The notes below the pieces were generated by a model. The model made no database searches, was not told the DNA's origin, and saw only the letters and a program-made list of their open reading frames with translations. Shown piece after piece: positions 63,313 through 64,000 of a stretch of DNA of 64,000 nt. The stretch lies in contig NC_134478.1 of assembly GCF_964194025.1 (NCBI RefSeq), forward strand, positions 8,866,001 through 8,930,000, read 5' to 3'. Both the position numbers and the translations under genes were made by a program. The stretch comes from Convolutriloba macropyga (lineage: Eukaryota). The stretch's first letter is position 1. Every line of letters starts with the position of its first letter.

Positions 63313-64000
63313 TCTTGGAAAAAAAAGAGTACACACAATTCAAATTCTGCCGAATTATGAGGCAGAATTAGTCAGATTATGAATCGAATTCTCGCCCTTT
63401 GTTTGATTCGAATTTGCGCGATTTAATCAGACAATTGGAGACTATGATTCGATTATGCGGTCCTATGATTAGACATAGCGCTCCTATGATTCGAAATAGC
63501 GCGACAAAAATATGATCCAAACCGTGTAATTAACGCCTGGGGTCGTTCTTCCACAAGACAATAATTATCGAATCAAGTTTCGACCACCTCACCCCGGGTA
63601 ATGAGACAGATAGAATTCAAGCGGGCCTTCATAAGTGATACCCGGTGATCCGTATACCAAAGGGATAGAACTAAATATCACATTGAGGACTCTATTAGCC
63701 AAAAAAGCAATGGTTGTTCTCATTTTTCCCCAAAATAATATTACGGCGCCTGTGAACTGTCAAGTTGATTGCCAATTTTTTAAACTCAAGTTTTCGAAGA
63801 TTGTCAAGTTTCTGATCGAATTGCAGTGACTGGCATACAGGATTGACTACTTCTTGGCAATGGTCGTCTGCTAAAAAATAGATCATTACTTTTTTTGTCT
63901 TTTTATGGGTTGAGGTTCACGTTGAAAATTGCTAAAGATGACAGATTTTAGTTAAAAGCGGCAATTTTGAGTTAAAAGCGGCAAACTTCGGTGAAGAAAG

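Overview
AT-rich eukaryotic (invertebrate-like) genomic scaffold with five N gaps. No prokaryotic gene organisation, rRNA or CRISPR array is present. The only well-supported gene is a spliced minus-strand gene encoding a NIDO domain, a Gly/Val/Thr-rich repeat stalk and an FN3-like domain (exons 62614-61738 and 56169-54952, joined in frame by a phase-1 intron). A candidate terminal exon at 33653-33469, absent from the ORF track, may belong to it. The rest is mostly mobile DNA: a near full-length decayed Jockey/I-like LINE, a CR1-like LINE with a tandem partial duplicate, a Ty3/Gypsy pol fossil, a fossil IS4-like DDE transposase, and several MITE families. The most striking pattern is a set of non-autonomous DNA transposons that share CCCGGGTC(GA) termini and 2-bp target duplications but mostly have unrelated internal repeats. 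Two of them carry tRNA-like A/B-box cassettes, and one has had its right arm expanded into a 5.5-kb two-part satellite. A 1.28-kb macro-repeat built from ~180-bp subunits also lies in the window. All protein and element assignments come from motifs recognised by eye; no database searches were run.
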